DNA of 60,232 nt from Lachnospiraceae bacterium UBA7188 (GTDB taxonomy: Bacteria > Bacillota > Clostridia > Lachnospirales > Lachnospiraceae): positions 1 to 60,232 of the forward strand of contig DKVC01000195.1 of assembly GCA_002490995.1 (NCBI GenBank), read 5' to 3'. Position 1 is the stretch's first letter; every line of letters begins with the position of its first letter. Below are positions 1 to 10,081 of this stretch, one piece after another. The notes under the pieces are model-generated. The model had not been told where the DNA came from, made no database searches, and worked only from the letters and a program-made list of their open reading frames with translations. The position numbers and the translations under genes are program-made.

Positions 1-1
1 G

Positions 2-154
2 AGCGGCATCAACTGGTGCCAGGTACCCGTTACCATTGTGGAGATGGGCTATATGACCAATCCGGAAGAGGACACCCTGATGGCAACCGAGGACTATCAG
101 GAGAAAATCGCGGACGGGATAGCCAACGGCATCGATCAGTTCTGTGGCAGATAG
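2..154 (+). CDS. N-acetylmuramoyl-L-alanine amidase (Amidase_3), 3' end only (runs off window edge)
   Basis: Manual translation of frame 2 gives [50 protein letters not shown]; the P-x-x-x-V-E-x-G-Y-x-T-N-x-x-E motif is typical of the Amidase_3 C-terminus. Confidence 0.8.
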   Translation, partial: SGINWCQVPVTIVEMGYMTNPEEDTLMATEDYQEKIADGIANGIDQFCGR

Positions 155-259
155 GATGTTAGATGGCAGTTTCTATGGACCGGCCAGGACTGGGCGACAG
201 GGCAGCCGGGGATAACAGCGCGCAATGTGGGGGATGCGCGGCAGGCAAGGAGTGACACT

Positions 260-2128
260 ATGTTCAATTTTGAAGAAGAATTAAAGAAGCTTCCTAAAAA
301 TCCGGGCGTCTATATCATGCGGGATGACAAAGATGTCATTTTGTATGTGGGCAAGGCAATTAATCTCCATAACCGTGTGCGCTCATACTTCCGCGAAAAT
401 ATCGGCAGAGGCCCCATGATCGACAAGATGGTGTCGCTGATTGCGCGCTTTGAATATATTGTCACGGATTCCGAGCTGGAAGCCCTTGTTCTGGAAAACA
501 ACCTGATCAAGGAGCATTCTCCGAAGTACAATACCCTTCTGAAGGACGATAAAACCTATCCCTATATCAAAGTGACGGTGGGCGAAGACTATCCCCGGAT
601 TCTCTTTTCACGGGTCATGAAAAAGGATAAATCAAAATATTTCGGGCCATATACCAGCGCGGCGGCAGTGAAGGATACCATTGAGTTACTAAACAAACTC
701 TATCAGCTGCGGACCTGTAACCGCAGCCTGCCCAGGGATATCGGACTGGAACGTCCCTGCCTGAACTATCATATCAAACAGTGCAACGCGCCCTGCCAGG
801 GATATATCAGCAGGGAGCAGTACCGGGAACAGGTCTCCCAGGCGCTGGAATTCCTGAACGGCAATTATAATCTGATTCTGAATGATCTGGAATCGAAGAT
901 GAAGGCGGCGGCGGAAACCTTGGATTTCGAAGCTGCCGCAGGCTACCGGGATCTCTACAACAGTGTCAAACAGGTGTCCCAGAAGCAGAAGATTACGGAC
1001 AGCGTGGGAGAAGACAAGGATATCATCGCCATGTACCAGGATGAGAGGGAGGCGGTGGTACAGGTGTTTTTCGTCCGGGACGGCAAGCTCATCGGCAGGG
1101 AGCATTATTATATGACAAATGTGTCATCCGGAAACAGGGCGGAAATCCTGGAGAATTTCGTGAAGCAGTTTTACGCCGGTACCCCCTTTATCCCCAGGGA
1201 ATTGATGCTTCAGTACGAAATCGGGGACAGGGAGCTGATCGAAAAGTGGCTCACCGGGCGCAAGGGAGGACGGGTGTACATACGGGTGCCCAAGATGGGC
1301 TCCAAGGAGAAGCTGGTGGAGCTGGCGGCACAGAATGCAAAGCATATCCTGGAGCAGGACAGGGAGAGGCTGAAGCGGGAGGAAGGCCGTACCATAGGTG
1401 CGGTGAAGGAGATTGCGACGCTTCTGGGAATGGATCATATCGAGAGGATGGAAGCCTTCGATATCTCCAATATCAACGGGTTCGAAAATGTAGGCTCCAT
1501 GATTGTATTTGAAAAGGGAAAACCCAAGCCCAGCGATTACCGGAAATTCCGCATCAGGACCGTATCCGGGCCTGACGATTACGCCTGCATGAAGGAGGTA
1601 TTGACCAGACGGTTCCGCCACGGGCTGGAGGAAGGGCGGGAGCTGGAAGAGAAGGAACTGGACAGGGCATACGGCAGTTTTACCAGATTCCCGGACCTGC
1701 TGATGATGGACGGAGGCCGGGGGCAGGTCAATATCGCCCTTTCCGTGCTGGAGGAGCTGAAGATTGCCATTCCGGTCTGCGGCATGGTGAAGGATGACAA
1801 CCACCGGACCAGAGGGCTGTATTTCAACAATGTGGAGCTGCCCATCGACACTCATTCCGAAGGGTTTAAGCTGATTACCAGGGTGCAGGACGAAGCCCAT
1901 CGCTTTGCCATCGAATACCATCGCTCCCTGCGCAGCAAGGCTCAGGTGAAATCCGTCCTGGATGAAATACCGGGTGTGGGGCCTGCGAGAAGGAAGGCGC
2001 TGATGCGGCATTTTAAATCCATCGAGGAGATTAAGGCAGCCGGGGTGGAGGAGCTTGCGGCTTTGCCGGAAATCAACCGCCGGGCTGCGGAAGAAATTTA
2101 CAGCTTTTTCCGTAAGGATTCTAACTGA
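260..2128 (+). CDS. uvrC: Excinuclease ABC subunit C
   Basis: GIY-YIG N-terminus (PGVYIM...[14 protein letters not shown]), RNase H-like EAFDISN and DGGRGQ, C-terminal HhH (IPGVG); ATG 260 after AAGGAG. Confidence 0.97.
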   Translation: MFNFEEELKKLPKNPGVYIMRDDKDVILYVGKAINLHNRVRSYFRENIGRGPMIDKMVSLIARFEYIVTDSELEALVLENNLIKEHSPKYNTLLKDDKTYPYIKVTVGEDYPRILFSRVMKKDKSKYFGPYTSAAAVKDTIELLNKLYQLRTCNRSLPRDIGLERPCLNYHIKQCNAPCQGYISREQYREQVSQALEFLNGNYNLILNDLESKMKAAAETLDFEAAAGYRDLYNSVKQVSQKQKITDSVGEDKDIIAMYQDEREAVVQVFFVRDGKLIGREHYYMTNVSSGNRAEILENFVKQFYAGTPFIPRELMLQYEIGDRELIEKWLTGRKGGRVYIRVPKMGSKEKLVELAAQNAKHILEQDRERLKREEGRTIGAVKEIATLLGMDHIERMEAFDISNINGFENVGSMIVFEKGKPKPSDYRKFRIRTVSGPDDYACMKEVLTRRFRHGLEEGRELEEKELDRAYGSFTRFPDLLMMDGGRGQVNIALSVLEELKIAIPVCGMVKDDNHRTRGLYFNNVELPIDTHSEGFKLITRVQDEAHRFAIEYHRSLRSKAQVKSVLDEIPGVGPARRKALMRHFKSIEEIKAAGVEELAALPEINRRAAEEIYSFFRKDSN

Positions 2129-2156
2129 AGCACGCAAAATAGTTGTGGGATTACGC

Positions 2157-2185
2157 TTCACAACAGGCTTTAATTATGATACAAT
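2157..2185 (+). promoter_or_regulatory. Putative sigma-A promoter of hprK
   Basis: TTCACA (2157-2162), 17 bp spacer, TGnTACAAT extended -10 (2177-2185). Confidence 0.6.
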
Positions 2186-2236
2186 ATGGATGCTGAGGCT
2201 TATGAGTATAAGACAAAAACAGGAGAAAACCCGGAT

Positions 2237-3184
2237 ATGGAAAGTGTCAGACTGACCCGATTAATCGAAAAAATGAAACTGGAGAACCTAACGCCTGAAA
2301 TCGATGTGAAGGATATCCGCATTACACAGCCGGATGTGAACCGGCCGGCATTGCAGCTGACGGGATACTTTGAGCATTTCGATTCCACACGTCTGGAGAT
2401 CATAGGCTTTGTGGAGTATTCTTATATGGAAAGCATGCCGGATGAGCGGAAGCTGGAAATATACGATGAATTTATGAGCTATGATGTACCGGCAGTGGTA
2501 TTCTGCCGGGAGCTTAAGCCGGATCCGATTTTTCTGAAGGAAGCCATTGCGCACAGGATTCCCGTGCTTATGACCAAAAAGTCTACTTCCGCTTTCATGG
2601 CCGAGGTAATTCGCTGGCTGAATGTAAAGCTTGCTCCCTGCATTTCCGTCCATGGTGTGCTGGTGGATGTCTACGGCGAGGGGTTGCTGATTACCGGGGA
2701 AAGCGGTATCGGAAAGTCCGAAGCGGCGCTTGAACTGGTGCGCCGGGGTCATCGTCTGGTTACGGATGATGTGGTGGAAATCAGAAAGGTCAGTGATGAC
2801 ACTCTTGTCGGTTCTGCGCCGGACATGCTGAAACATCTGATTGAGCTGCGGGGAATCGGCGTGGTGGATGTGAAGGCACTCTTCGGCGCTTCCGCCGTTA
2901 TGGACACGCAGAATATTGATCTTGTTATCCGCCTGGAGGACTGGGACAGAGATAAGGAATATGACAGATTGGGTCTGGAGGAGAATTATACGGAATATAT
3001 GGGCAATAAAGTGGTCTGCTACAATATTCCCATCCGTCCGGGCAGAAATGTAGCCGTGATCTGTGAGTCTGCGGCCGTAAACCACCGTCAGAAGAAAATG
3101 GGCTATAATGCTGCGCAGGAGCTCTATTCCAGGGTACAGAATTCCTTTGCCAGAAAGCGGGAAGATGAGCCGGACCCGTTTTGA
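2237..3184 (+). CDS. hprK: HPr(Ser) kinase/phosphorylase
   Basis: HGVLVDVYGEGLLITGESGIGKSE (Walker A), GHRLVTDD, IELRGIG, PIRPGRN signature; ATG 2237 after AGGAG. Confidence 0.97.
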   Translation: MESVRLTRLIEKMKLENLTPEIDVKDIRITQPDVNRPALQLTGYFEHFDSTRLEIIGFVEYSYMESMPDERKLEIYDEFMSYDVPAVVFCRELKPDPIFLKEAIAHRIPVLMTKKSTSAFMAEVIRWLNVKLAPCISVHGVLVDVYGEGLLITGESGIGKSEAALELVRRGHRLVTDDVVEIRKVSDDTLVGSAPDMLKHLIELRGIGVVDVKALFGASAVMDTQNIDLVIRLEDWDRDKEYDRLGLEENYTEYMGNKVVCYNIPIRPGRNVAVICESAAVNHRQKKMGYNAAQELYSRVQNSFARKREDEPDPF

Positions 3185-3260
3185 TTTATTGTTATATTTC
3201 AGTATGAAACGAACAACACAGCTGTGAGGTAAGCTGTTATAGAGAGGATGGATAAAAGAT

Positions 3261-4199
3261 ATGAGTAAGTATGCATTTGGAGTTGACATCGGGGGAACTA
3301 CTGTTAAGATGGGGCTTTTCGACGGAGAAGGCAATGTGCTGGACAAATGGGAGATTCCCACGGTGAAGGATAATAGCGGCGCTTCTATTCTTCCGGATGT
3401 GGCGGAGAGCATCCTGGCGAAGCTGAAAGAGAAAGAAATCCGGGAAGAAGAGCTGATGGGTGTAGGTGTAGGTGTGCCGGGACCCATGAATGAGGAAGGC
3501 ACGATTCTCGGCGGGGCAGTGAACCTTGGGTGGGGTTCTTTTAACATACCCGAGGCGCTTGGAGCATATATTAAGGTACCGGTAAAAGCTGTGAACGATG
3601 CCAATGCTGCCGCTTTCGGCGAGATGTGGCAGGGGGGCGGCAAAGGATACGACAGCCTGGTGGCGGTAACGCTGGGCACCGGCGTGGGCGGGGGCATTAT
3701 TGTCAGGGGAAAGCTTCTGGTAGGTGCCTTCGGCGCAGGCGGGGAAATCGGGCATGTCCACATTGAGGATGCGGAGACAGAAAGCTGCAATTGCGGAAAT
3801 AAGGGATGTCTGGAACAATATACTTCCGCAACAGGCATTGCCCGTCTGGCGAGGCGATATCTGGAGACGCATGATACCCCCACGGTTTTAAGGGGAGAAT
3901 ATATCTCTGCCAAGACCGTGTTTGACGCGGTGAAGGCAGGAGATGAGGTGGCGAAGGAGATTGCCGGCCAGTTCGGGGATTATCTGGGGAAAGGGCTGGC
4001 CATGGTGGCTTCAGTGGTAAATCCGGAGATCTTCGTCATAGGCGGAGGCGTATCCAGGGCCGGGGAGGTTCTCCTTTCTTACATAGAGCCATATTTCAGA
4101 AAATATTCCTTCGGGAAATGTAAGGAGACAAAGTTTGCTCTGGCAAAGCTTGGCAATGATGCAGGTATTTATGGAGCGGCAGCGCTGGTTTTGCTGTGA
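3261..4199 (+). CDS. glcK: ROK-family glucokinase
   Basis: GVDIGGT, NDANAAAFGE, TLGTGVGGG, GEIGH, CNCGNKGCLE zinc motif. Confidence 0.9.
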   Translation: MSKYAFGVDIGGTTVKMGLFDGEGNVLDKWEIPTVKDNSGASILPDVAESILAKLKEKEIREEELMGVGVGVPGPMNEEGTILGGAVNLGWGSFNIPEALGAYIKVPVKAVNDANAAAFGEMWQGGGKGYDSLVAVTLGTGVGGGIIVRGKLLVGAFGAGGEIGHVHIEDAETESCNCGNKGCLEQYTSATGIARLARRYLETHDTPTVLRGEYISAKTVFDAVKAGDEVAKEIAGQFGDYLGKGLAMVASVVNPEIFVIGGGVSRAGEVLLSYIEPYFRKYSFGKCKETKFALAKLGNDAGIYGAAALVLL

Positions 4200-4226
4200 G
4201 ACAGTAAGGAAAAAGGAAGTAATCAG

Positions 4227-5138
4227 ATGGTCGGCAGAGCAGTAATTGAGGCATTACAAAAGTTTGTACCGCGTGAGAACATTCATCTGCAGGAACCGAT
4301 GGCGGCTCATACTACATTTCGGATAGGAGGGCCTGCCGATTGCTTTTTGGAGTTGGAAAATGAAGAACAGTTGAAAAAAGTGCGGCGATACCTGGAGTTG
4401 ACGGGAGTGTCGTTTTTTGTATTGGGAAATGGAAGCAATCTGCTTGTAAATGACTCCGGATACAGAGGAATTATTCTGCAGATTGGTTCTAAAATGAATT
4501 CTGTTTCAGTACAGGGGAATGATATGATTGCGAAGGCGGGAGCCACGCTGGCACAGGTGGCACGCGCTGCCATGGAGCACGGGCTGACAGGACTGGAATT
4601 TGCTTCCGGCATTCCTGGCACCGTAGGCGGCGGCGTGGTTATGAATGCCGGAGCCTATGGCGGAGAGATGAGCCAGGTGGTGACGCAGGTAAATGTAGTA
4701 AGCAGGGAAGGCGAGCTGCTGGAGCTGGATAACGGGACTATGGAATTCGGGTACCGTACCAGTGTAATCAGGAAGAGTCCTTTTATTGTGACAGAAGTTA
4801 CTTTCCGCCTGAAGCCGGGTGACAGAAGTGTCATAAAAGAGAAAATGGAAGAGCTGGCAGCGCGGCGGAGGGAGAAGCAGCCGCTGGAGTATCCCAGTGC
4901 GGGGAGTACATTTAAGCGTCCCGAGGGGAATTTTGCAGGCAAGCTTATTATGGAAGCCGGGCTGAAGGGGTTCAGGATTGGCGGAGCGGAAGTGTCAGAA
5001 AAGCATTGTGGTTTTGTAGTCAATATGGGAAATGCAACGGCGAAGGATGTGCGGGAAGTGATTGCGGAGATACAGGCCCGGGTTAAGGCACGGTTTCGGG
5101 TAGAGCTGGAGCCGGAGATTGTGTTTCTGGGCTGGTAA
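4227..5138 (+). CDS. murB: UDP-N-acetylenolpyruvoylglucosamine reductase
   Basis: HTTFRIGGPA, LGNGSNLL, GIPGTVGG, MNAGAYG, PSAGSTFKRP, LEPEI motifs. Confidence 0.96.
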   Translation: MVGRAVIEALQKFVPRENIHLQEPMAAHTTFRIGGPADCFLELENEEQLKKVRRYLELTGVSFFVLGNGSNLLVNDSGYRGIILQIGSKMNSVSVQGNDMIAKAGATLAQVARAAMEHGLTGLEFASGIPGTVGGGVVMNAGAYGGEMSQVVTQVNVVSREGELLELDNGTMEFGYRTSVIRKSPFIVTEVTFRLKPGDRSVIKEKMEELAARRREKQPLEYPSAGSTFKRPEGNFAGKLIMEAGLKGFRIGGAEVSEKHCGFVVNMGNATAKDVREVIAEIQARVKARFRVELEPEIVFLGW

Positions 5139-5205
5139 CGGAATTTGGCAGTGCTGTTCACAATGGCATCCACGGCGCAGGCGACATGACGGGAAGTGAG
5201 AAAAC

Positions 5206-6072
5206 ATGAGATTCGTAGTAGTGACGGGAATGAGCGGCGGCGGAAAGAGCACCGCTCTGAAAATGTTGGAGGATGCCGGATTTTACTGTGTGGACAACCT
5301 TCCGGTTTCCCTGATTGAAAAATTTGCGGAGCTGGTTTCCATGCCGGGCAGCGAGGTCGGCAAGGTGGCACTGGGGCTTGACGTGCGCTCCGGCCAGTCC
5401 TTTGAGGAAGTGGCAGGAATCCTGGAAAAGCTGAAAAAAGCAGGCTATAACCTGGAGATCCTCTTCATGGATGCGGAGGATAATGTTCTCATCAAGCGCT
5501 ATAAAGAAACCAGGAGAATCCATCCCCTGGCTGTGGACGGAAGGGTGGAGGATGGCGTCAGGGCAGAGCGGCGGGTGCTTGAAAAAATCAGGCATGACGC
5601 GGACTATGTAATGGATACTTCCCTGCTGTTGACCAGAGAATTAAAAGAAGAGCTTGACCGCATTTTTGTAGAGAATGCAGAGTACAACAGCCTGATGGTG
5701 ACAGTAATGTCATTTGGATTTAAGCATGGAATACCCTCAGATGCCGACATGGTGATGGACGTCCGCTTTTTGCCTAATCCTTTTTATGTGGATGAGTTGA
5801 AATATAAAACCGGTAATGACAGGGAAGTGCAGGAATATGTAATGGGTTTTCCGGAAGCAGAAGAGTTCATGACGAAAATGTCAGATTTGCTTCAGTTTCT
5901 GATACCCAATTATGTCAAGGAGGGAAAGTACCGTCTTGTGATTGCTATCGGCTGTACCGGGGGAAAGCACAGGAGTGTTACCCTTGCCAATGCGCTCTAT
6001 CAGCGGATGAAGGACAGGGGAAAATATGGAATCAAGCTTTATCACAGGGACGTAAAGCAAGAAGGAAAGTAA
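5206..6072 (+). CDS. rapZ: RapZ/YvcJ-family P-loop nucleotide-binding protein
   Basis: TGMSGGGKS, YCVDNLP, ETRRIHPL, SFGFKHG, DVRFLPNP, GCTGGKHRSV. Confidence 0.95.
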   Translation: MRFVVVTGMSGGGKSTALKMLEDAGFYCVDNLPVSLIEKFAELVSMPGSEVGKVALGLDVRSGQSFEEVAGILEKLKKAGYNLEILFMDAEDNVLIKRYKETRRIHPLAVDGRVEDGVRAERRVLEKIRHDADYVMDTSLLLTRELKEELDRIFVENAEYNSLMVTVMSFGFKHGIPSDADMVMDVRFLPNPFYVDELKYKTGNDREVQEYVMGFPEAEEFMTKMSDLLQFLIPNYVKEGKYRLVIAIGCTGGKHRSVTLANALYQRMKDRGKYGIKLYHRDVKQEGK

Positions 6073-6179
6073 AAACGGAAAGTAACAATGGCGCTATCCG
6101 GCCTGCATGGAATGCTGTGATGAGTGTCCGGACGCAACGGAAGGCAGGTGGCGTTCAAAGATCCGGATGAGGAGGGCAT

Positions 6180-7046
6180 ATGTCATTCTCAAGTGAAGTA
6201 AAGGGAGAGCTGGCCAGGCGGATAAGTCCCGCAAGACATTGCCAGATTGCCGAACTGGCAGCAATTATGAATCTGTGCGGCCAGTACGGAAGAGATGAAA
6301 ACGGCGGTTTTACCATCGGATTTCAGACAGAAAATGAAGCTGTCGCCAGAAAAGGCTTTACATTATTGAAAAAAACATATAATATAGATACGGACATTGC
6401 ATTGAAGGAAGAGGACATTCAGGGACTGCTGCGCAAGGTAGGAGATCTGGACAGTCCTGTGAGTCCGCTTTTGATCAAAAATGCCTGCTGTCAGAGGGCT
6501 TTTCTGCGGGGGGCATTTCTGAGCACAGGTTCAATGAGCGATCCGGCAAAGGGATACCATTTGGAATTTGACTGTACCAATGAGGAGAAAGCCGTGCAGC
6601 TGCGGGAATTGATCAGAGGCTTCGATATCGAGGCCAGAATTATCCGCCGGAAAAAGTATCATGTGGTATATCTGAAGGAGGGAGCTGCAATTGTAGATTT
6701 GCTGAATGTATGCGAAGCCCCCGTATCACTGATGAACATGGAAAATCTGCGCATAATAAAGGAAATGAGGAATTCTGTCAATCGGCGGGTAAACTGTGAG
6801 ACAGCAAATATCGCCAAGACTGTATATGCCTCATCCAGGCAGGTGGAGGACATCGAATATATCAGGAAGTATTACGGTTTCCGGAATCTGCCGGATACGC
6901 TGCGGGAGATGGCTGAAATACGTTTGGAATATCCGGATGCACCATTGAAGGAGCTGGGAGAGCATTTTAGTCCTGTTCTTGGGAAATCCGGAGTAAACCA
7001 TAGATTACGCAAGCTGAGCGAGCTTGCGGAAAAAATAAGATTATAA
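6180..7046 (+). CDS. whiA: DNA-binding protein WhiA
   Basis: MSFSSEVKGEL start, AFLRGAFL, NRRVNCETANIAKT, KSGVNHRLRKL. Confidence 0.95.
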   Translation: MSFSSEVKGELARRISPARHCQIAELAAIMNLCGQYGRDENGGFTIGFQTENEAVARKGFTLLKKTYNIDTDIALKEEDIQGLLRKVGDLDSPVSPLLIKNACCQRAFLRGAFLSTGSMSDPAKGYHLEFDCTNEEKAVQLRELIRGFDIEARIIRRKKYHVVYLKEGAAIVDLLNVCEAPVSLMNMENLRIIKEMRNSVNRRVNCETANIAKTVYASSRQVEDIEYIRKYYGFRNLPDTLREMAEIRLEYPDAPLKELGEHFSPVLGKSGVNHRLRKLSELAEKIRL

Positions 7047-7082
7047 AGGTCAGAAAAGAACGGAAGGTAAGGAGGAAAGAAA

Positions 7083-7343
7083 ATGAAAAAGACAAGTATC
7101 AGCATCAGCCTGGAAGATGAACAGATGGCCAGGCACATCGCGTTGCTGGTTCAGAAAGCCAGCAAATACGAAAGTGCTGTTTATATCCAGTCCGGCGGAA
7201 AGAAAGTGAATGCCAAGAGCATCATGGGAATGATGACTTTGGGAATGGACATCAGTGAAGATCTGGAAATTTCAGCAGATGGCTCGGATGAGGATGCAGC
7301 AATCGAAGGAGTTATAACTTTTCTGAAGGGACTTGAAGAGTAA
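7083..7343 (+). CDS. HPr-family protein, Crh-like (His15 replaced by Met, Ser46 retained)
   Basis: Aligns residue-for-residue with HPr; VNAKSIMG places Ser at 46; the position-15 region reads QMARH instead of GLHARP; same position as crh downstream of yvcJ/whiA in Bacillus. Confidence 0.88.
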   Translation: MKKTSISISLEDEQMARHIALLVQKASKYESAVYIQSGGKKVNAKSIMGMMTLGMDISEDLEISADGSDEDAAIEGVITFLKGLEE

Positions 7344-7351
7344 CGAGGACT

Positions 7352-8266
7352 ATGGATAAGAAACTGCTTTTTGTGTACAATCCCAAAGCCGGAAAGGCTC
7401 TCATTAAAAACAGGCTTGCAGATATTCTGGATATTTTTGCAAGGGCCGGTTATGAGACCACTGTAGCTCCTACGCAGAAGCACGGGGATGCCACAGAAGT
7501 GGTAAGCCGGCGCAGCGATGTATATGAGCTTGTGGTGTGCAGCGGCGGGGACGGTACGTTGGATGAGGTAGTGACAGGGATGATCCGGAGCGGTTTCAAC
7601 ACTCCCATCGGTTATATACCTGCAGGCAGCACAAATGATTTTGGGGGAAGTCTTTCCTTGCCGAAAAATATGCTGCATGCGGCGGAAGTGGTTGTGGAAG
7701 GAAAGAATTTTCCCTGTGATATAGGTTCTTTTGCCCATGATGGAGAGAAGGATGTATTTGTCTACATTGCGGCTTTCGGACTTTTTACGGATGTGTCTTA
7801 TGAGACGGCGCAGGACATCAAAAATGTGCTGGGCCATATGGCGTATCTGCTGGAGGGAATGAAGCGCCTGTCATCCATCCGCTCTTACCATGTGAAGGCA
7901 GGCTGGGAAGACAATGAAGTGGAAGATGATTTTATTTTCGGGATGGTTACAAACTCTACTTCAGTGGGCGGTTTTAAGAAAATTACCGGTAAAAATGTGA
8001 AGATGGATGACGGCGTATTCGAAGTGACGCTGATCAAGAATCCGAAAAATCCGGTGGAATTGAATAATATTATGATGTCCCTGCTGAACCGGGATATGGA
8101 TACCAGTGCAATGTACTCTTTCCGCACAGCGGAGCTTACATTGGAATTTGAGGGAGAGGCAGCGTGGACATTGGATGGCGAATACGGCGGCAGCCATACA
8201 AAAGTGGTAATCACAAATGTATGCAGAGGAATTGACATCAGAGTAAAAAACCCGCCTTCCAGATAA
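7352..8266 (+). CDS. YegS/BmrU-family (diacylglycerol kinase-like) lipid kinase
   Basis: VYNPKAGK, CSGGDGTLDEV, IPAGSTNDF, WTLDGE. Confidence 0.92.
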   Translation: MDKKLLFVYNPKAGKALIKNRLADILDIFARAGYETTVAPTQKHGDATEVVSRRSDVYELVVCSGGDGTLDEVVTGMIRSGFNTPIGYIPAGSTNDFGGSLSLPKNMLHAAEVVVEGKNFPCDIGSFAHDGEKDVFVYIAAFGLFTDVSYETAQDIKNVLGHMAYLLEGMKRLSSIRSYHVKAGWEDNEVEDDFIFGMVTNSTSVGGFKKITGKNVKMDDGVFEVTLIKNPKNPVELNNIMMSLLNRDMDTSAMYSFRTAELTLEFEGEAAWTLDGEYGGSHTKVVITNVCRGIDIRVKNPPSR

Positions 8267-8535
8267 ATAGCTGCGTGCTCACCCGTTATACATTTTGTCC
8301 TGCGGATGTAGTCGGATGTGAGCATAAATAATGAAAACAGGTATGAAAGAAGACAGCAGCGAGATTTCATACATCCGAATGAATGTCCGCTTCCGCGGGC
8401 AGGAGTGATAAAAACGATAAAAAGCGGTAGCATGCCGTTTCGCGGGAATTGCCGGAAAATAGCTCTGTAATTTGCAGACACTTCCTTACGGCGGCAGGAT
8501 ACCGCTGAAATATAAAAAATGGAGGTATCAATATC

Positions 8536-9399
8536 ATGCTAGTTTCAGCAACAGAAATGCTTAAGAAAGCAAAGGCAGGCCACTATGCGGTAGGCCAGTT
8601 CAACATCAACAACCTGGAGTGGACAAAATCCATCCTGCTGACTGCCAAGGAGTGCAAATCCCCTGTCATCCTGGGTGTATCCGAGGGCGCAGGCAAGTAC
8701 ATGGGCGGTTATCATGCAGTAGTGGGCATGGTGAACGGCCTGCTGAAGGATCTGGACATCGATGTGCCCGTAGCGCTGCATCTGGATCACGGTTCCTATG
8801 AGCACTGCTACAAATGTATCGAAGCCGGATTTTCATCCGTTATGTTCGACGGTTCCCACTATCCCATCGATGAGAATGTGGCGAAGACTACTGAGCTGGT
8901 TGCGGCAGCACACGGCAAGGGAATTTCCATTGAGGCTGAGGTTGGTTCCATCGGAGGAGAGGAAGACGGCGTTGTAGGCATGGGCGAGTGCGCAGACCCC
9001 AAGGAGTGCAAGGCCATTGCAGACCTGGGCGTTGACTTCCTGGCGGCAGGTATCGGCAATATTCACGGCAAATATCCTGCGAACTGGAAAGGACTGAGTT
9101 TTGAGACACTGGATGCCGTACAGCAGCTCACAGGGGACATGCCTCTGGTGCTTCACGGCGGCACAGGCATTCCCGCCGACATGATCAAGAAAGCAATCAG
9201 CCTCGGCGTAGCTAAGATCAACGTAAATACCGAGTGCCAGCTTGCATTTGCCGCTGCTACCCGTAAGTACGTGGAAGAGGGCAAGGATCTCCAGGGCAAG
9301 GGATTTGATCCCCGCAAGCTCTTAGCTCCCGGCGCTCAGGCCATCAAGGATACCGTGAAGGAGAAGATGGAGCTGTTCGGTTCTGTAGGCAAGGCCTGA
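8536..9399 (+). CDS. fba: Class II fructose-1,6-bisphosphate aldolase
   Basis: ALHLDHG, VMFDGSH, GNIHG, LVLHGGTG, KINVNTE. Confidence 0.97.
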   Translation: MLVSATEMLKKAKAGHYAVGQFNINNLEWTKSILLTAKECKSPVILGVSEGAGKYMGGYHAVVGMVNGLLKDLDIDVPVALHLDHGSYEHCYKCIEAGFSSVMFDGSHYPIDENVAKTTELVAAAHGKGISIEAEVGSIGGEEDGVVGMGECADPKECKAIADLGVDFLAAGIGNIHGKYPANWKGLSFETLDAVQQLTGDMPLVLHGGTGIPADMIKKAISLGVAKINVNTECQLAFAAATRKYVEEGKDLQGKGFDPRKLLAPGAQAIKDTVKEKMELFGSVGKA

Positions 9400-9435
9400 G
9401 ACGCAGGTTTCTGTGCCGGACAGGCTGTGGCACAG

Positions 9436-9511
9436 TTCATATTTTGTTAACAGATCATTCAAGCAATATTTGAATTCTTATCATTGTTTAGACATTTCTT
9501 GTGGGTATACT
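9436..9511 (+). promoter_or_regulatory. Promoter of candidate sRNA copy 1 with upstream 11-bp-periodic boxes
   Basis: TATACT at 9506-9511; the upstream 70 bp align without gaps to the promoter of copy 2 (first 17 bp TTCATATTTTGTTAACA identical). Confidence 0.6.
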
Positions 9512-9517
9512 ATATTC

Positions 9518-9623
9518 ATAAGCAACAGATAAAGAACAGACATGATAAGCAGGCCACAGTTACTGAATAACTTTTTCATAATTATAGCCAGGGAACCCCG
9601 GGTTCCCTGGCATCCTCCTTTTT
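9518..9623 (+). ncRNA. Candidate csRNA-like small RNA, copy 1 (5' end approximate)
   Basis: Follows a -10 box; contains GCCACAGTTACTG, AATAACTTTTTCATAAT, an 11-bp hairpin GCCAGGGAACC/GGTTCCCTGGC, then ATCCTCCTTTTT; paralog on the opposite strand at 9969-10075. Confidence 0.62.
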
Positions 9624-9968
9624 ATGGGGATTTCGGACGAAATATCCGGGGATATGTCGGAGGGCATAATTCATACTGCGCACTGGTTCCATTTGCAGTA
9701 TGATATTCGTATTTTGGACAGGACGCCGCCAGCTAACCGGGCTCTTTCTGGATCAGGGCAGAGAGAAGCGCAGACTATGCCAGGGGTGTTTTTTTGTATT
9801 CGGAAATCGCACGGAAGCGGTATTTTGTGGCGGGAAAAAAATCGCTGTCTGCTTACGGTGTTGGGGCTGAATCGGTTTCAGGGGACGGAGTGAAACTGAC
9901 GATATGCATGGAAGAGATTACTGGTAATTGTAAATGCAATCACTGGTATATGAACACAGGAGCCTCTG

Positions 9969-10075
9969 AAAAGGGAGGATGCCAGGAAACTTACGTCCCC
10001 TGGCATTATTATGAAAAAGTTATTTAGTAAACAGTAACTATGGCTGGCACTCTTGTGTGTTTCTGTTCTGTTGAT
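9969..10075 (-). ncRNA. Candidate csRNA-like small RNA, copy 2 (5' end approximate)
   Basis: Minus strand reads GCCATAGTTACTG...AATAACTTTTTCATAAT-A-ATGCCAGGGGAC-GTAA-GTTTCCTGGCAT-CCTCCCTTTT; the GNRA loop and G-U pairs work only in this orientation. Confidence 0.62.
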
Positions 10076-10081
10076 AGTTAT

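Noticed and set aside
2288-3913. 541-aa minus-strand ORF
   Set aside because: Antisense to hprK and the glucokinase; Ser/Pro-rich shadow composition
9624-10027. Short ORFs 9624-9893 and 9794-10027 between the sRNA copies
   Set aside because: No RBS or recognisable protein features, and one overlaps sRNA copy 2
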